Assembly (NCBI GenBank): GCA_045635885.1
Contig: JAZTWO010000065.1
Location: forward strand, 3,306-67,305
Source: Eubacteriales bacterium
GTDB taxonomy: Bacteria; Bacillota; Clostridia; Oscillospirales; CAG-272
Reading direction: 5' to 3'
DNA length: 64,000 nucleotides
Shown here piece after piece: positions 18,114-29,176 of this stretch; the stretch's first letter is position 1; each line of letters starts with the position of its first letter. The notes under the pieces are model-generated. The model saw only the letters and a list, made by a program, of their open reading frames with translations. It was not told the origin of the DNA and made no database searches. The position numbers and the translations under genes are program-made.

Positions 18114-18743
18114 ATGAAAAGTGGTATTATCGGTAAGAAGATCGGTATGACACAGATCTTCGACGAAATCGGAAACGTTATTCCGGTTACGGTAATCGAG
18201 GCAGGTCCCTGCGTAGTTGCGCAGAAGAAGACTGTCGAAAATGACGGTTATGACGCCGTTCAGCTCGGTTTCATGGATGTTAAGGAAAAACACATGACAA
18301 AAGCAGAAAAAGGTCATTTTGAAAAAGCAGGCGTTCCTGCAAAGAAGCATCTTAAGGAATTCCGCCTTGACGATTGCGCATCTCTTAACCTTGGTGACGT
18401 TATCACTGTCGAAACCTTCGCCGCTGGTGAAAAAGTCGACGTTACAGGTATAACAAAGGGTCATGGTTACACAGGTGCTATCAAGAGATGGAATCTTCAT
18501 TTGCTTGGTCAGACTCACGGTATCGGTCCCATCCACCGTCAGTCCGGTTCTATGGGTGTTATCGACCCTGCCAGAATTTTCAAGAACAAGAAGATGGCTG
18601 GTCAATACGGTAATGAACAGGTAACTGTTTTGAATTTGAACGTTGTTAAGATTGATGCTGAAAAGAATCTTATCGCTGTTAAGGGTGCTATTCCCGGTCC
18701 TAAGGGCGGTATCGTATTCGTTCGCACATCTTGCAAAGCATAA
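18114..18743 (+). CDS. rplC: 50S ribosomal protein L3
   Basis: [22 protein letters not shown] lies 8 nt before ATG 18114. The ORF-track start 18069 is an upstream in-frame extension. Confidence 0.96.
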   Translation: MKSGIIGKKIGMTQIFDEIGNVIPVTVIEAGPCVVAQKKTVENDGYDAVQLGFMDVKEKHMTKAEKGHFEKAGVPAKKHLKEFRLDDCASLNLGDVITVETFAAGEKVDVTGITKGHGYTGAIKRWNLHLLGQTHGIGPIHRQSGSMGVIDPARIFKNKKMAGQYGNEQVTVLNLNVVKIDAEKNLIAVKGAIPGPKGGIVFVRTSCKA

Positions 18744-18763
18744 GCGGAAGGAGGAACTGAATA

Positions 18764-19387
18764 ATGCCAAACGTAAAAGTTGTTAATATGGCAGGCAAAG
18801 AGGTTGGCGAAATCACATTGTCTGACGTTATTTTCGGAGCTGAAGTTAATGAAGCAGTTCTCCACGCTGCAGTAAGAGCGTTCCTTATGAATCAGAGACA
18901 GGGAACACAGTCCACTCTTACAAGAAGCGAAGTTTCCGGTGGCGGTAGAAAGCCTTGGAGACAGAAGGGTACAGGTAGAGCTCGTCAGGGTTCAACTCGT
19001 TCTCCTCAGTGGACACACGGTGGTATCGCTCTTGGTCCTAAGCCCAGAGATTATCACATCGACATGAACAAGAAGACAAAGAGAGTTGCTCTTTACAGCG
19101 CATTGTCTGCTAAGGTTGCTGCTGGTGACCTCATCGTAGTTGACGACATCAAGGTTGAAGGCTACAAGACAAAGACTATCGTTAACATGCTTAACGCTAT
19201 CGGTGCTGACAGAAAGGCACTCATCGTTCTTGATGCAGTTGATAACTGCGTAATTAAGAGTGCAGCTAACATTCCCGGTGTTAAGACAACACTTGCTAAC
19301 ACAGTAAATGTTTATGACATTCTTAATGCAAACAAATTCGTTGTTTCAAAAGCAGCGGTTGCAAAACTTGAGGAGGTGTTCGCATAA
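18764..19387 (+). CDS. rplD: 50S ribosomal protein L4
   Basis: GGGRKPWRQKGTGRARQGS motif; position in the operon. Confidence 0.97.
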   Translation: MPNVKVVNMAGKEVGEITLSDVIFGAEVNEAVLHAAVRAFLMNQRQGTQSTLTRSEVSGGGRKPWRQKGTGRARQGSTRSPQWTHGGIALGPKPRDYHIDMNKKTKRVALYSALSAKVAAGDLIVVDDIKVEGYKTKTIVNMLNAIGADRKALIVLDAVDNCVIKSAANIPGVKTTLANTVNVYDILNANKFVVSKAAVAKLEEVFA

Positions 19388-19680
19388 TGAAAATGATTCA
19401 GGATATTATCGTTGCTCCCGTTATCACAGAAGCGAGCATGGACCGTATTGCAAACAAGACATACACTTTCAAGGTTGCTAAAAACGCAACAAAGCCTGAG
19501 ATTGCTCACGCTGTTGAAGTTATGTTCGGTGTAAAGGTTGATAAGGTTAACACCATCAACGTTAAGAGAAAAGCGAAGAGACAGGGTTACACAAGCGGCT
19601 ACACAGCAGCATGGAAGAAAGCTATCGTTACACTTAAGGCTGATTCCAAGACCATTGAATTCTTCGAAGGTATGAACTAA
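19387..19680 (+). CDS. rplW: 50S ribosomal protein L23
   Basis: The ATG overlaps the rplD stop (TAATG). VITEASM...YTFKV motif. Confidence 0.95.
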   Translation: MKMIQDIIVAPVITEASMDRIANKTYTFKVAKNATKPEIAHAVEVMFGVKVDKVNTINVKRKAKRQGYTSGYTAAWKKAIVTLKADSKTIEFFEGMN

Positions 19681-19700
19681 TAGCAGGAGGATAGAGAAAA

Positions 19701-20534
19701 ATGCCTACAATTAAATATAAGCCTACGACTCCTGCCAGAAGAAATATGACTGTTCCGTCTTTCGACGAGATCACAAAGTTTTCTCCTGAAAAGAGTCTCA
19801 TAGTTACAAAGAAAAAACACGCAGGTAGAAATAACCTCGGTAGAATTACTGTTCGTCACCACGGCGGCGGTAACAAAGTTAAGTACAGAATCATCGACTT
19901 TAAGCGTACAGACGCTACTGCTAACACAGTAATCGGTGTTGAGTACGACCCCAACAGAAGCGCTTACATCGCTCTTCTTCAGAACGAAGCAGGCGACAAG
20001 AGCTACATCATTGCTCCTGTTGGTCTTACAGATGGCGACGTTGTTTACTCCGGCGCAGATGCAGATATCAAGCCCGGTAACACACTCCCCATTGCCAACA
20101 TTCCGGTTGGTACATTCATTCACAATATCGAGCTTTACCCCGGTAAGGGCGCTCAGCTCGTTCGTTCAGCCGGTGCTGCTGCTCAGCTTGTTTCTAAGGA
20201 CAACGGCAACATGGCACAGGTAAGACTTCCTTCCGGTGAAGTTCGTCTTATCCGTCTTGACTGCAAGGCAACTATCGGTCAGGTTGGTAACATTGAGCAC
20301 GATACTGTTAAGATCGGTAAGGCAGGTAAGACAAGACATATGGGTATCCGTCCCACAGTTCGTGGTTCTGTAATGAACCCCTGTGATCACCCTCACGGTG
20401 GTGGTGAAGGTCGTTCTCCCATCGGTCGTCCTTCTCCTGTTACTCCTTGGGGTAAACCTGCTCTTGGTTATAAGACAAGAAACAAGAAGGCAAGAACAAA
20501 CAAATTCATCGTAAAACGCAGAAACGATAGATAA
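19701..20534 (+). CDS. rplB: 50S ribosomal protein L2
   Basis: [18 protein letters not shown] ... [15 protein letters not shown]. Confidence 0.98.
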   Translation: MPTIKYKPTTPARRNMTVPSFDEITKFSPEKSLIVTKKKHAGRNNLGRITVRHHGGGNKVKYRIIDFKRTDATANTVIGVEYDPNRSAYIALLQNEAGDKSYIIAPVGLTDGDVVYSGADADIKPGNTLPIANIPVGTFIHNIELYPGKGAQLVRSAGAAAQLVSKDNGNMAQVRLPSGEVRLIRLDCKATIGQVGNIEHDTVKIGKAGKTRHMGIRPTVRGSVMNPCDHPHGGGEGRSPIGRPSPVTPWGKPALGYKTRNKKARTNKFIVKRRNDR

Positions 20535-20548
20535 GGAGGGAATATAAT

Positions 20549-20830
20549 ATGAGCAGAAGTTTGAAGAAAGCACCTTTCGTAGAAGAAAAGCTCTACGCAA
20601 GAATTTGTGCAATGAACGAAAAGAACGAAAAGAAAGTTCTTAAGACATGGTCTCGTGCTTCAACAATATTCCCTGAATTTGTTGGACACACAATCGCAGT
20701 TCACGACGGTCGTAAGCACGTTCCCGTATACGTAACTGAAGATATGGTTGGACATAAGCTTGGTGAATTTGCTCCCACAAGAACCTTTAAGGGTCATGCA
20801 GGATCAAAGACATCTAACAATGGTAAATAA
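20549..20830 (+). CDS. rpsS: 30S ribosomal protein S19
   Basis: [11 protein letters not shown] ... [16 protein letters not shown]. Confidence 0.98.
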   Translation: MSRSLKKAPFVEEKLYARICAMNEKNEKKVLKTWSRASTIFPEFVGHTIAVHDGRKHVPVYVTEDMVGHKLGEFAPTRTFKGHAGSKTSNNGK

Positions 20831-20847
20831 TAGAGGAGGAAGTTTCA

Positions 20848-21192
20848 ATGGAAAATAATGTAGCAAAAGCTCATCTTAAATATGCAAGAATTTCCCCTCG
20901 TAAGGTAAAGATCGTTCTTGACCTCATCAGAGGCAAGGATGCAGGTGTTGCAATGGGTATTCTTAAGAATACTAACAAGAGCGCGTCTGAATACCTTGTA
21001 AAGTTGTTGGGAAGCGCTATTGCAAATGCAGAGCACAACAATCATATGGATCCTTCAAAACTCTACGTTGCTGAATGCTTCGTTTGCCCCGGTCCTACTC
21101 TTAAGAGAATTATGCCCAGAGCAAAGGGAAGCGCAGACAGAATTTTGAAGAGAACTAGCCACGTTACTATCGTGGTTAAAGAAAGAGTCTAA
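20848..21192 (+). CDS. rplV: 50S ribosomal protein L22
   Basis: AKAHLKYARISPRKVKIVLDLIRGK. Confidence 0.97.
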   Translation: MENNVAKAHLKYARISPRKVKIVLDLIRGKDAGVAMGILKNTNKSASEYLVKLLGSAIANAEHNNHMDPSKLYVAECFVCPGPTLKRIMPRAKGSADRILKRTSHVTIVVKERV

Positions 21193-21208
21193 ATAGGAGG
21201 TAGCTAAA

Positions 21209-21979
21209 ATGGGTCAAAAGGTTAATCCCCACGGTTTGCGTGTGGGCGTAATTAAGAACTGGGATTCAAGATGGTTCGCAAAAGACGAAGTTTTTGGCGA
21301 CACTCTTGTTTCCGACTATAACATCAGAGAATATCTCAAGAATGAACTCCAGAAGGCAGGCGTTCCTAAGATTGAAATCGAACGTGACAGCCACAGAGTT
21401 AGAGTATTCATCCACTGTGCTAAGCCCGGTCTTGTAATTGGCCGCGGTGGCGAACAGATCGAAAAATATAAAGCTCAGCTTGAAAAAATGGTAGGTATGC
21501 CCGTTGCTCTCAACGTTGTTGAAGTTAAGCAGCCCGACCTCAACGCTCAGCTTGTTGCTGAGAACATTTCAGCTCAGCTTGAAAACCGTGTGGCATTCCG
21601 CCGCGCAATGAAAATGGCGATTCGTAACACAATGCGTCTTGGTGCAAAGGGTATTAAGATCACTTGCTCAGGCCGTCTTGGTGGCGCAGAAATCGCAAGA
21701 GCAGAACACTACCATGAAGGTACTATTCCGCTTCAGACTCTCAGAGCTGACATCGACTACGGCTTCTGGGAAGCAAACACAACTTACGGTAAGATCGGCG
21801 TTAAAGTATGGATTTACAGAGGCGAAGTTCTTTCCGAAGTTAACCGCCCTGCTGTAAAGAACACTCGTGGTGACCGTCCTGCTCGCAGAGACAACAGAAA
21901 CGGTGATCGCAAGCCCAGAAACAACAACAGAGGCGAAAGAACTCCCAGAGAAGGAGGACGCAAAAATGTTAATGCCTAA
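21209..21979 (+). CDS. rpsC: 30S ribosomal protein S3 (with an R/N-rich C-terminal extension)
   Basis: [13 protein letters not shown] and a KH domain. The last ~45 aa are a basic low-complexity tail. The gene overlaps the rplP start by 14 nt. Confidence 0.97.
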   Translation: MGQKVNPHGLRVGVIKNWDSRWFAKDEVFGDTLVSDYNIREYLKNELQKAGVPKIEIERDSHRVRVFIHCAKPGLVIGRGGEQIEKYKAQLEKMVGMPVALNVVEVKQPDLNAQLVAENISAQLENRVAFRRAMKMAIRNTMRLGAKGIKITCSGRLGGAEIARAEHYHEGTIPLQTLRADIDYGFWEANTTYGKIGVKVWIYRGEVLSEVNRPAVKNTRGDRPARRDNRNGDRKPRNNNRGERTPREGGRKNVNA

Positions 21980-22382
21980 AAGAGTGAAATTCCGTCGCGT
22001 ACAGCGCGGAAGACTTAAGGGTAAGGCTAGCCGCGGTAACACAGTTACTAACGGTCAGTATGGTCTTCAGGCCCTTGAGCCCGCTTGGATTACAAGCAAC
22101 CAGATTGAAGCTGCCCGTATCGCTATGACACGTTACATCAAGCGTGGTGGTCAGGTTTGGATTAAGATTTTCCCTGATAAGCCCATCACAGAAAAGCCTG
22201 CTGAAACTCGAATGGGTTCCGGTAAGGGTTCACCTGAGTATTGGGTAGCAGTAGTTAAGCCCGGTAGAGTTATGTTTGAAATGGACGGAGTTGCTGAAGA
22301 CGTTGCTAAAGAAGCTATGCGTCTTGCATCTCACAAGCTCCCCATCAAATGTAAGTTCGTAGTTAGAGAAGAGGAGGTATAA
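21966..22382 (+). CDS. rplP: 50S ribosomal protein L16
   Basis: [20 protein letters not shown] moved the start to ATG 21966, preceded by GAAGGAGGA. The listed ORF starts 33 codons too early. Confidence 0.96.
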   Translation: MLMPKRVKFRRVQRGRLKGKASRGNTVTNGQYGLQALEPAWITSNQIEAARIAMTRYIKRGGQVWIKIFPDKPITEKPAETRMGSGKGSPEYWVAVVKPGRVMFEMDGVAEDVAKEAMRLASHKLPIKCKFVVREEEV

Positions 22383-22385
22383 GCC

Positions 22386-22574
22386 GTGAAAGCTTCAGAA
22401 ATCAGAAATATGACAACAGAACAGCTTGAAGCTAAGCTTAAAGAGCTTAAGGACGAGCTTTTCAGACTCCGCTTCCAGAATGCGATCCGTCAGCTTGACA
22501 ACCCCCACAGAATCTCTGACGTTAAGAAGGACATCGCTCGTGTAATGACAGTTCTTCAAGAGAAGAATGCTTAA
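22386..22574 (+). CDS. rpmC: 50S ribosomal protein L29
   Basis: MKASEIRNMTTEQLEAKLKELKDELFRLRFQ. GTG start. Confidence 0.95.
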   Translation: MKASEIRNMTTEQLEAKLKELKDELFRLRFQNAIRQLDNPHRISDVKKDIARVMTVLQEKNA

Positions 22575-22587
22575 GGAGGAATGAGTC

Positions 22588-22845
22588 ATGACAGAAAGAA
22601 ACCTTAGAAAAACTAGAGTTGGTATTGTTGTTAGCAACAAGATGGACAAGACAATCGTAGTTGCAGTGCAGGATAACGTTAAGCACCCCATCTACGGTAA
22701 GATCATTAAGAGAACTTTGAAGCTCCATGCACATGATGAAGAAAACACATGTAACATTGGCGACAAGGTTGAAGTAATGGAAACAAGACCTCTTTCCAAG
22801 ACAAAGAGATGGAGACTTGTTGAAATTATTGAAAGAGCTAAATAA
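22588..22845 (+). CDS. rpsQ: 30S ribosomal protein S17
   Basis: [19 protein letters not shown]...HAHDE. Confidence 0.97.
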   Translation: MTERNLRKTRVGIVVSNKMDKTIVVAVQDNVKHPIYGKIIKRTLKLHAHDEENTCNIGDKVEVMETRPLSKTKRWRLVEIIERAK

Positions 22846-22936
22846 TTTAGCCCTTTATTCATTAGTTAATTTTAATCATAATCGCGAAATTATAGTAGGT
22901 ACGACTTGATCGTATTGAAAACAGGAGGAACGCAAA

Positions 22937-23305
22937 ATGATTCAGCAACAAACAGTGTTGAAAGTAGCCGATAACACAGGCGCTAAAGAGATCATGTGCA
23001 TTCGAGTACTTGGCGGTACAGCTCGCAGATATGCAAATATCGGTGACGTTATCGTTGCGTGCGTTAAGAAGGCAGCTCCCGGCGGCGTTGTTAAAAAAGG
23101 CGAAGTAGTTAAAGCAGTAGTAGTAAGAAGCAAAAAAGGTCTTAAGAGAGCTGATGGTTCTTACATTAAGTTTGATGAAAACTCTGCAGTTATCATCAAA
23201 GAAGACAAAAACCCCAAGGGTACTCGTATCTTTGGCCCAGTAGCAAGAGAGCTTCGTGAAAAGGATTACCTTAAGATTCTCTCTCTCGCTCCTGAAGTAC
23301 TTTAA
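22937..23305 (+). CDS. rplN: 50S ribosomal protein L14
   Basis: [27 protein letters not shown]. Confidence 0.98.
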   Translation: MIQQQTVLKVADNTGAKEIMCIRVLGGTARRYANIGDVIVACVKKAAPGGVVKKGEVVKAVVVRSKKGLKRADGSYIKFDENSAVIIKEDKNPKGTRIFGPVARELREKDYLKILSLAPEVL

Positions 23306-23322
23306 TTTGGAGGTATTGCGAA

Positions 23323-23637
23323 ATGGCAAAGTTGCACGTTAAAACAGACGATACAGTAGTAGTACTTTCCGGTGACTCCAAGGGCGTTAAGGGTAAGGTT
23401 ATCGACGTATCCATTAAGGAAGGCAAGGTATTGGTAGAGGGCGCTAATATCGTTCACAAGCACGTTAAGCCCAGAAAACAGGGAGAAACAGGCGGTATCG
23501 TTGATACTGAAGGCGCAATCTATGCGTCCAAGGTTGCTCTCTATTGCCCCAAGTGCGATAAGGGTGTTAGAGTTAAACACCAGATCGTAGATGGCAAAAA
23601 GGTTCGCGTTTGCGCTAAATGCGGCGCACAGCTTTGA
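23323..23637 (+). CDS. rplX: 50S ribosomal protein L24
   Basis: KOW motif VVVLSGDSKGVKGKV; position in the operon. Confidence 0.96.
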   Translation: MAKLHVKTDDTVVVLSGDSKGVKGKVIDVSIKEGKVLVEGANIVHKHVKPRKQGETGGIVDTEGAIYASKVALYCPKCDKGVRVKHQIVDGKKVRVCAKCGAQL

Positions 23638-23654
23638 TAAGGAGGTAGCAAGAA

Positions 23655-24197
23655 ATGGCAAGACTTAGAGAAATGTACAAAGCCGAGGTTGCTCCCGCTC
23701 TTATGCAGAAATTTGAGTACTCTAGCGTAATGCAGATCCCCAAGCTTGATAAGATCGTTATCAACGTTGGTGTAGGCGACGCTAAGGACAATTCCAAGGC
23801 TATTGAAAACGTAATCAATGATATTACAAAGATTTCCGGTCAGAAGGCAGTTCCCACATACGCTAAGAAGTCCGTTGCGAACTTCAAGCTTCGTCAGGGA
23901 ATGAAGATCGGTGTTAAGGTTACACTTAGAGGCGACAAGATGTATGAGTTCCTTGATAGACTCTTCAACTTCTCTCTTCCCAGAGTTCGTGACTTTAAGG
24001 GTATCAATCCCAATGCTTTCGACGGTAGAGGTAACTATGCGCTCGGTCTTAAAGAGCAGCTTATCTTCCCCGAAATCGAATACGATAAGGTTGAAAAAAT
24101 TCGCGGTATGGACATCTGCTTTGTAACAACCGCTAACACAGACGAAGAAGCAAGAGAGCTCCTTAAGCTTATGGGCGCTCCCTTTGCAAAGAACTAA
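23655..24197 (+). CDS. rplE: 50S ribosomal protein L5
   Basis: [37 protein letters not shown]. Confidence 0.98.
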   Translation: MARLREMYKAEVAPALMQKFEYSSVMQIPKLDKIVINVGVGDAKDNSKAIENVINDITKISGQKAVPTYAKKSVANFKLRQGMKIGVKVTLRGDKMYEFLDRLFNFSLPRVRDFKGINPNAFDGRGNYALGLKEQLIFPEIEYDKVEKIRGMDICFVTTANTDEEARELLKLMGAPFAKN

Positions 24198-24211
24198 GGA
24201 GGTAGCACAAA

Positions 24212-24397
24212 ATGGCAAAGAAAGCTATGATTCTTAAGCAGCAGAAGACACAGAAGTACTCCACTCGTGAGTACAACCGTTGCAAGATCTGCGGTCGTCC
24301 CCACGCTTACCTTCGTAAGTTCGGTATCTGCCGTATCTGCTTCCGTGAACTCGCTTACAAGGGCGAAATTCCCGGCGTAAGAAAGGCAAGCTGGTAA
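24212..24397 (+). CDS. rpsN: 30S ribosomal protein S14, zinc-binding type Z (61 aa)
   Basis: [38 protein letters not shown], with two CxxC pairs. Confidence 0.97.
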   Translation: MAKKAMILKQQKTQKYSTREYNRCKICGRPHAYLRKFGICRICFRELAYKGEIPGVRKASW

Positions 24398-24423
24398 TAC
24401 AGCAAACATTCGTTAAACACTTT

Positions 24424-24447
24424 CACTCAAGCATTTTTGCTTGAGTG
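24424..24447 (+). other. 9-bp-stem hairpin within the unusually long rpsN-rpsH spacer
   Basis: cactcaagc-attttt-gcttgagtg, followed by ggggtt (no U-run). Confidence 0.7.
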
Positions 24448-24581
24448 GGGGTTATTGGATAAACTCCAACATATCGGAAGGAATGCAAAGCAATTTTTGC
24501 GCATTTACCACCGATACGCCGCCGATCTAACTCAGTTTGGCAGCAAGAAAATTTTACTTGCATATAAGGAGGATAAAAATT

Positions 24582-24980
24582 ATGCAAATGTCAGACGTTA
24601 TTGCAGACATGCTGACTAGAATCAGAAATGCAAATGATGCGAAGCACGCAACAGTTGACATTCCTGCTTCTAACATGAAAAAGTCAATCGCAGACATTCT
24701 CGTTGAAGAGGGCTATGTTAAGGGCTATCAGGTAATCGAGGATGGCAAGCAGGGTATCATCAGAGTTACTCTTAAGTATACTCCTGCAAAACAGAAGGTT
24801 ATTCGTGGCATTCGCCGTGTTTCTAAGCCCGGTCTTAGAATCTACGCAGGTTACGAAGATATGCCTAAGGTAATGAACGGCCTTGGAACAGTTATCGTTT
24901 CAACTTCTAAGGGTCTTATGACAGATAAGAAGGCAAGAGCCGAAAAAATTGGTGGCGAAATTATCGCCTTCGTATGGTAA
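24582..24980 (+). CDS. rpsH: 30S ribosomal protein S8
   Basis: [24 protein letters not shown] lies 9 nt before ATG 24582. The listed ORF starts 15 codons too early. Confidence 0.96.
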   Translation: MQMSDVIADMLTRIRNANDAKHATVDIPASNMKKSIADILVEEGYVKGYQVIEDGKQGIIRVTLKYTPAKQKVIRGIRRVSKPGLRIYAGYEDMPKVMNGLGTVIVSTSKGLMTDKKARAEKIGGEIIAFVW

Positions 24981-24996
24981 TAGGAGGTAACTGAAA

Positions 24997-25536
24997 ATGT
25001 CAAGAATTGGAAGAATGCCTATTACAGTTCCCGCTGGTGTTACAGTAACTGTTGGCGAAAACAACGTTGTAACAGTTAAGGGTCCTAAGGGAACACTTGA
25101 ACAGCAGCTCAGCAGCCGCATGACAATCGCTCAGAACGGCAATGAGATTGTTGTAACTCGTCCTACAGACGAAAAGGAAGACAGAAGCCTTCACGGCCTC
25201 ACAAGAGCTCTTCTTAATAACATGGTTGTTGGTGTATCTAACGGTTACTCCAAGAAGCTTGAGGTTGTTGGTGTAGGTTATAAGGTAGCTATGCAGGGAA
25301 CAAAGCTTGTTCTTAACCTTGGTTACTCTCACCCCATTCACATCGAACAGCCCGCTGATCTTAAGATCGAAACACCTGATGCAAACACAATCATCGTAAG
25401 TGGCGCTGATAAGCAGGCTGTAGGTCAGCTCGCAGCAGTTATCAGAAGTAAGAGACCTCCCGAACCCTATCATGGCAAGGGTGTTAAATACTCTGATGAA
25501 TATATTCGCCGTAAGGCCGGTAAGACCGGTAAATAA
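24997..25536 (+). CDS. rplF: 50S ribosomal protein L6
   Basis: MSRIGRMPITVPAGVTVTV...VKGPKG. Confidence 0.98.
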   Translation: MSRIGRMPITVPAGVTVTVGENNVVTVKGPKGTLEQQLSSRMTIAQNGNEIVVTRPTDEKEDRSLHGLTRALLNNMVVGVSNGYSKKLEVVGVGYKVAMQGTKLVLNLGYSHPIHIEQPADLKIETPDANTIIVSGADKQAVGQLAAVIRSKRPPEPYHGKGVKYSDEYIRRKAGKTGK

Positions 25537-25554
25537 TGAAAGGAGTGGAGAACA

Positions 25555-25914
25555 ATGGTATCAAGAAAAGATAGAAACCAAGCTCGTCTTAAGAGACATA
25601 GAAGAGTTAGAGCAAAAATCTCCGGAACAGCAGCTCGTCCTCGTTTGGCAGTTTACCGTTCCAATGCTAACATCGTTGCACAGATCATTGACGACGTTGC
25701 AGGCGTAACATTAGTATCCGCTTCCACACTCGAAAAGGATTTCGAGGGTAACGGCGGCAACAAGGTTGCAGCAAGAGCAGTTGGTAAGACAATTGCTGAA
25801 AGAGCAACCGCTAAGGGTATCACCGAAGTTGTATTCGACAGAGGCGGCTATCTTTATCACGGACGTGTATCGGAATTGGCTGAAGGCGCTAGAGAAGGCG
25901 GCTTGAAGTTCTAA
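25555..25914 (+). CDS. rplR: 50S ribosomal protein L18
   Basis: [30 protein letters not shown]...[12 protein letters not shown]. Confidence 0.98.
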   Translation: MVSRKDRNQARLKRHRRVRAKISGTAARPRLAVYRSNANIVAQIIDDVAGVTLVSASTLEKDFEGNGGNKVAARAVGKTIAERATAKGITEVVFDRGGYLYHGRVSELAEGAREGGLKF

Positions 25915-25991
25915 TCCAAATTGGATTAGTCCGGTTTGTACACTGTTCAAAACAATTAATATTATTTGAACATTTGAAAGAGGAAAATAAC

Positions 25992-26495
25992 ATGGCTAAC
26001 AAAATCAATCCCGCAGAGCTTGATCTTAAAGAACAGCTCGTTGCATTGAACCGTGTTTCCAAGACCGTTAAAGGTGGACGTATTGCTCGTTTTGCAGCAC
26101 TTATGGTTGTAGGTGACGAAAACGGACACGTAGGTGTTGGACTTGGTAAGGCAGCTGAAGTACCTGAAGCAATCCGCAAGGGTATTGAAGATGCTAAGAA
26201 AAATATGATTGAAGTTTCCCTTAAGGGTTCTACAATCCCCCACGAAGTTACCGGCGTATTCGGTGCAGGTAAGGTGCTTCTTAAGCCCGCTGCTCCCGGT
26301 ACAGGTATTATCGCCGGTGGCAAAGTAAGAATGGTGCTTGAGCTTGCAGGTATTAAGAACATTCGTGCTAAGTGCTTGCGCTCAAATAATCCCACAAACG
26401 TTGTAAAAGCAACTATGGAGGGCCTTAAGGAACTCCGTACAGCTGAAGAAGTAGCGAAGCTTCGTGAACTCAGCGTTGAACAGGTTGAAGGTTAA
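25992..26495 (+). CDS. rpsE: 30S ribosomal protein S5
   Basis: [25 protein letters not shown] preferred ATG 25992 (MANKINP...), preceded by AGAGGA. 25974 is also possible. Confidence 0.95.
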   Translation: MANKINPAELDLKEQLVALNRVSKTVKGGRIARFAALMVVGDENGHVGVGLGKAAEVPEAIRKGIEDAKKNMIEVSLKGSTIPHEVTGVFGAGKVLLKPAAPGTGIIAGGKVRMVLELAGIKNIRAKCLRSNNPTNVVKATMEGLKELRTAEEVAKLRELSVEQVEG

Positions 26496-26509
26496 GGAGG
26501 AGTATAACA

Positions 26510-26683
26510 ATGAAAAAAGTAACACTCGTCAAGAGCCTTATCGGAACACTTCCGAATCAGAAAGCTACAGCAGAATCTCTTGGTCTTAAGAAGATCGGTA
26601 ACTTTATCGTTCACGAAGACAACGCTGTTTTGGCTGGTAAAATCAAAGTGATTTCCCACCTTGTTAAAGTTGAAAACGTATAA
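26510..26683 (+). CDS. rpmD: 50S ribosomal protein L30 (57 aa; absent from the ORF track)
   Basis: My own translation: [69 protein letters not shown]. It fills the S5-L15 slot. Confidence 0.93.
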   Translation: MKKVTLVKSLIGTLPNQKATAESLGLKKIGNFIVHEDNAVLAGKIKVISHLVKVENV

Positions 26684-26697
26684 GGAGGAAAAAGACA

Positions 26698-27138
26698 ATG
26701 AAACTTCATGAACTTTCACCCGCTGCAGGTTCTACAAGAAACGTATACAGAAAGGGCCGTGGCCCTGCATCTGGTAACGGTAAGACTGCAGGTAAGGGAC
26801 ACAAGGGTCAGAACGCTCGTTCAGGCGGCGGTGTAAGACCCGGATTTGAAGGCGGTCAGATCCCGCTTTACAGAAAGCTTCCCAAGAGAGGCTTTAACAA
26901 CAAATTCGCTACTAACTACGTTATCGTTAACGTAAGCGCACTTAACGTTTTTGAAAACGGCGCAGTAGTTGACACACAGGCACTCCTTGACAAGAGAATT
27001 ATCCGCAAGACACTTGACGGAGTTAAGGTTCTTGGCAACGGTGAGCTTACAAAATCATTAACTGTAAAAGCAAACATCTTTTCCGCAACAGCTAAAGAAA
27101 AGATAGAAGCAGCAGGCGGAAAGACAGAGGTGGTATAA
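26698..27138 (+). CDS. rplO: 50S ribosomal protein L15
   Basis: [12 protein letters not shown]...[23 protein letters not shown]. Confidence 0.98.
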   Translation: MKLHELSPAAGSTRNVYRKGRGPASGNGKTAGKGHKGQNARSGGGVRPGFEGGQIPLYRKLPKRGFNNKFATNYVIVNVSALNVFENGAVVDTQALLDKRIIRKTLDGVKVLGNGELTKSLTVKANIFSATAKEKIEAAGGKTEVV

Positions 27139-27139
27139 G

Positions 27140-28498
27140 ATGTTTAAGACGCTGAAGAACGCTTGGAAGGTCCAGGAGATTCAGAACAAGATTCTCTTCA
27201 CATTGCTTATTATCCTCTTATATCGTGTTGGTTCTGCGATTCCCGTTCCCTATGTACAGCCCGATATTCTTTCACAGTTTAACCAGGCATACGGTGGAAC
27301 AATCTTTAGCTATATGAGCCTCCTTTCCGGTGGCGCTATGGCACAGGCAACACTTTTTGCACTTTCTGTATCCCCCTATATTACATCATCTATCGTAATC
27401 CAGCTTCTCACAGTTGCATTCCCCGACAGTCTCGGTAAGCTTGCAAAGGACGGAGAAGAGGGACAGAAGAAAATCAAAAAATATACTCGTTATATTACAG
27501 TTGGTATCGCTCTCGTTACTGCTTACGGTTATACCGCACTTCTTGGTAACGGTACAGGCTCTTCCAGCTGGCTTAACCCCGAACACATTAAGTGGTCCGG
27601 TATGTGGGCAACTAATGGATTTGAGGGTACACTCAACACTCTCGTTATCATTTCTTCATACGTAGCAGGCGCAGCTATCATCATGTGGCTCGCTGAGCTT
27701 ATCGACGCTAAGGGTATCGGCAACGGTATTTCAATGATCTTGTTCTTCAACATCATTTCTCGTGGTCCTGCTCTTGTTGAAAGCCTTTGGAGAATGGTTA
27801 CATCCAACAACATTATCGTTGGTATCCTTCTTGGAATACTCTCCATTGCAATTACAATGGGTATGGTAATTCTTGTAGTTTGGGTAACACACTCAGAAAG
27901 AAGAATTCCCATTCAGTATGCTAAGAGAGTTGTTGGCCGTAAGATGTACGGCGGTCAGGGAACACACCTTCCCATCAAGCTTAACATGACAGGCGTTATG
28001 CCCATCATCTTTGCAAGCTCAATCGTTTCTGTTCCTGCAACTATTGCAACATTCTTTGCAACAGACAGCGGCTTCAGAACTTGGGTAACAAGATGGCTTG
28101 GTCAGGATTCCGTTCTCTACTTCGTAATCTACGTAATTTTGATCGTTGCTTTTGCTTACTTCTACATCTTGATTTCTTTCAATCCTGTTGAAGTTGCAAA
28201 TAACATCAAGAACAACGGTGGTTCAGTTCCTGGTATTCGTACAGGTAAGCCCACTGCTGATTATATTACAAAAATTCTTAACCGTATCACTTTGATCGGC
28301 GCATTCTTCCTTATCGTTGTTGCAGGTCTTCCTATGATTATCAACCTTATCAACGTTCACGTTATTAAGGGTGTAACATTCCAGGGCCTTGCATTCGGTG
28401 GATCTTCATTGCTCATCGTTATCGGTGTTGCAATCGAAACATTCAGAGATATCGAAGCTCAGATTACATTGCGCCACTACAAAGGTTTCCTTGACTAA
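27140..28498 (+). CDS. secY: preprotein translocase subunit SecY
   Basis: 10 TM helices; LFALSVSPYITSSIVIQLL and RIPIQYAKR motifs; position in the operon. Confidence 0.98.
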   Translation: MFKTLKNAWKVQEIQNKILFTLLIILLYRVGSAIPVPYVQPDILSQFNQAYGGTIFSYMSLLSGGAMAQATLFALSVSPYITSSIVIQLLTVAFPDSLGKLAKDGEEGQKKIKKYTRYITVGIALVTAYGYTALLGNGTGSSSWLNPEHIKWSGMWATNGFEGTLNTLVIISSYVAGAAIIMWLAELIDAKGIGNGISMILFFNIISRGPALVESLWRMVTSNNIIVGILLGILSIAITMGMVILVVWVTHSERRIPIQYAKRVVGRKMYGGQGTHLPIKLNMTGVMPIIFASSIVSVPATIATFFATDSGFRTWVTRWLGQDSVLYFVIYVILIVAFAYFYILISFNPVEVANNIKNNGGSVPGIRTGKPTADYITKILNRITLIGAFFLIVVAGLPMIINLINVHVIKGVTFQGLAFGGSSLLIVIGVAIETFRDIEAQITLRHYKGFLD

Positions 28499-28532
28499 GT
28501 AATATTTTGCTGAAATTTACGGAGGAATTCGT

Positions 28533-29174
28533 ATGAATTTAATTTTGTTGGGCGCTCCCGGTGCGGGTAAGGGCACACAATCCGAAAGAATATCAGAAAA
28601 ATGGAATATTCCGGCAATTTCTACAGGCGACGTCTTCCGTTCCGCAATCAAGGCAGGTACTGAGCTTGGTGCTCAGGCGAAAATCTACATTGATAAGGGA
28701 CAGCTTGTTCCTGATGAAATAGCAATTGGTATTGTTAAGGAATATCTTTCTGCAGGTGCTTTTAAAAACGGTTTCATTCTTGACGGATTTCCTCGTTCCA
28801 TTCCTCAGGCAGAAGCTCTTGAGGAAATGGGCATAAAAGTTGATTGCGTTCTCTCACTTGAGATTGCAGACGAGGTTATTATTAAGAGAATGACAGGCCG
28901 CAGATTGTGCTCCGGATGTGGTATTTCATATCACATTGAACACAAAAAACCTGTGAAAGAAAATATTTGCGACAAATGTGGTTCATCTCTCTATATCAGA
29001 AGTGATGATGCTGCAGAAACTGTTATAAATAGACTTGAAACCTTCCATGCACGAACAGAACCCCTTAAAGTCTTTTATGAAGCAAAGGGATTGCTTAAAT
29101 GTGTAAATGGTGAAGCGGGGGTTGATGACACCACTGCTTTGGTCTTCAAGACACTTGAAGAAATTGGAGCTTGA
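28533..29174 (+). CDS. adk: adenylate kinase (zinc-lid type)
   Basis: LGAPGAGKGTQ P-loop. The lid has CSGCG...CDKCG. Confidence 0.98.
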   Translation: MNLILLGAPGAGKGTQSERISEKWNIPAISTGDVFRSAIKAGTELGAQAKIYIDKGQLVPDEIAIGIVKEYLSAGAFKNGFILDGFPRSIPQAEALEEMGIKVDCVLSLEIADEVIIKRMTGRRLCSGCGISYHIEHKKPVKENICDKCGSSLYIRSDDAAETVINRLETFHARTEPLKVFYEAKGLLKCVNGEAGVDDTTALVFKTLEEIGA

Positions 29175-29176
29175 AG

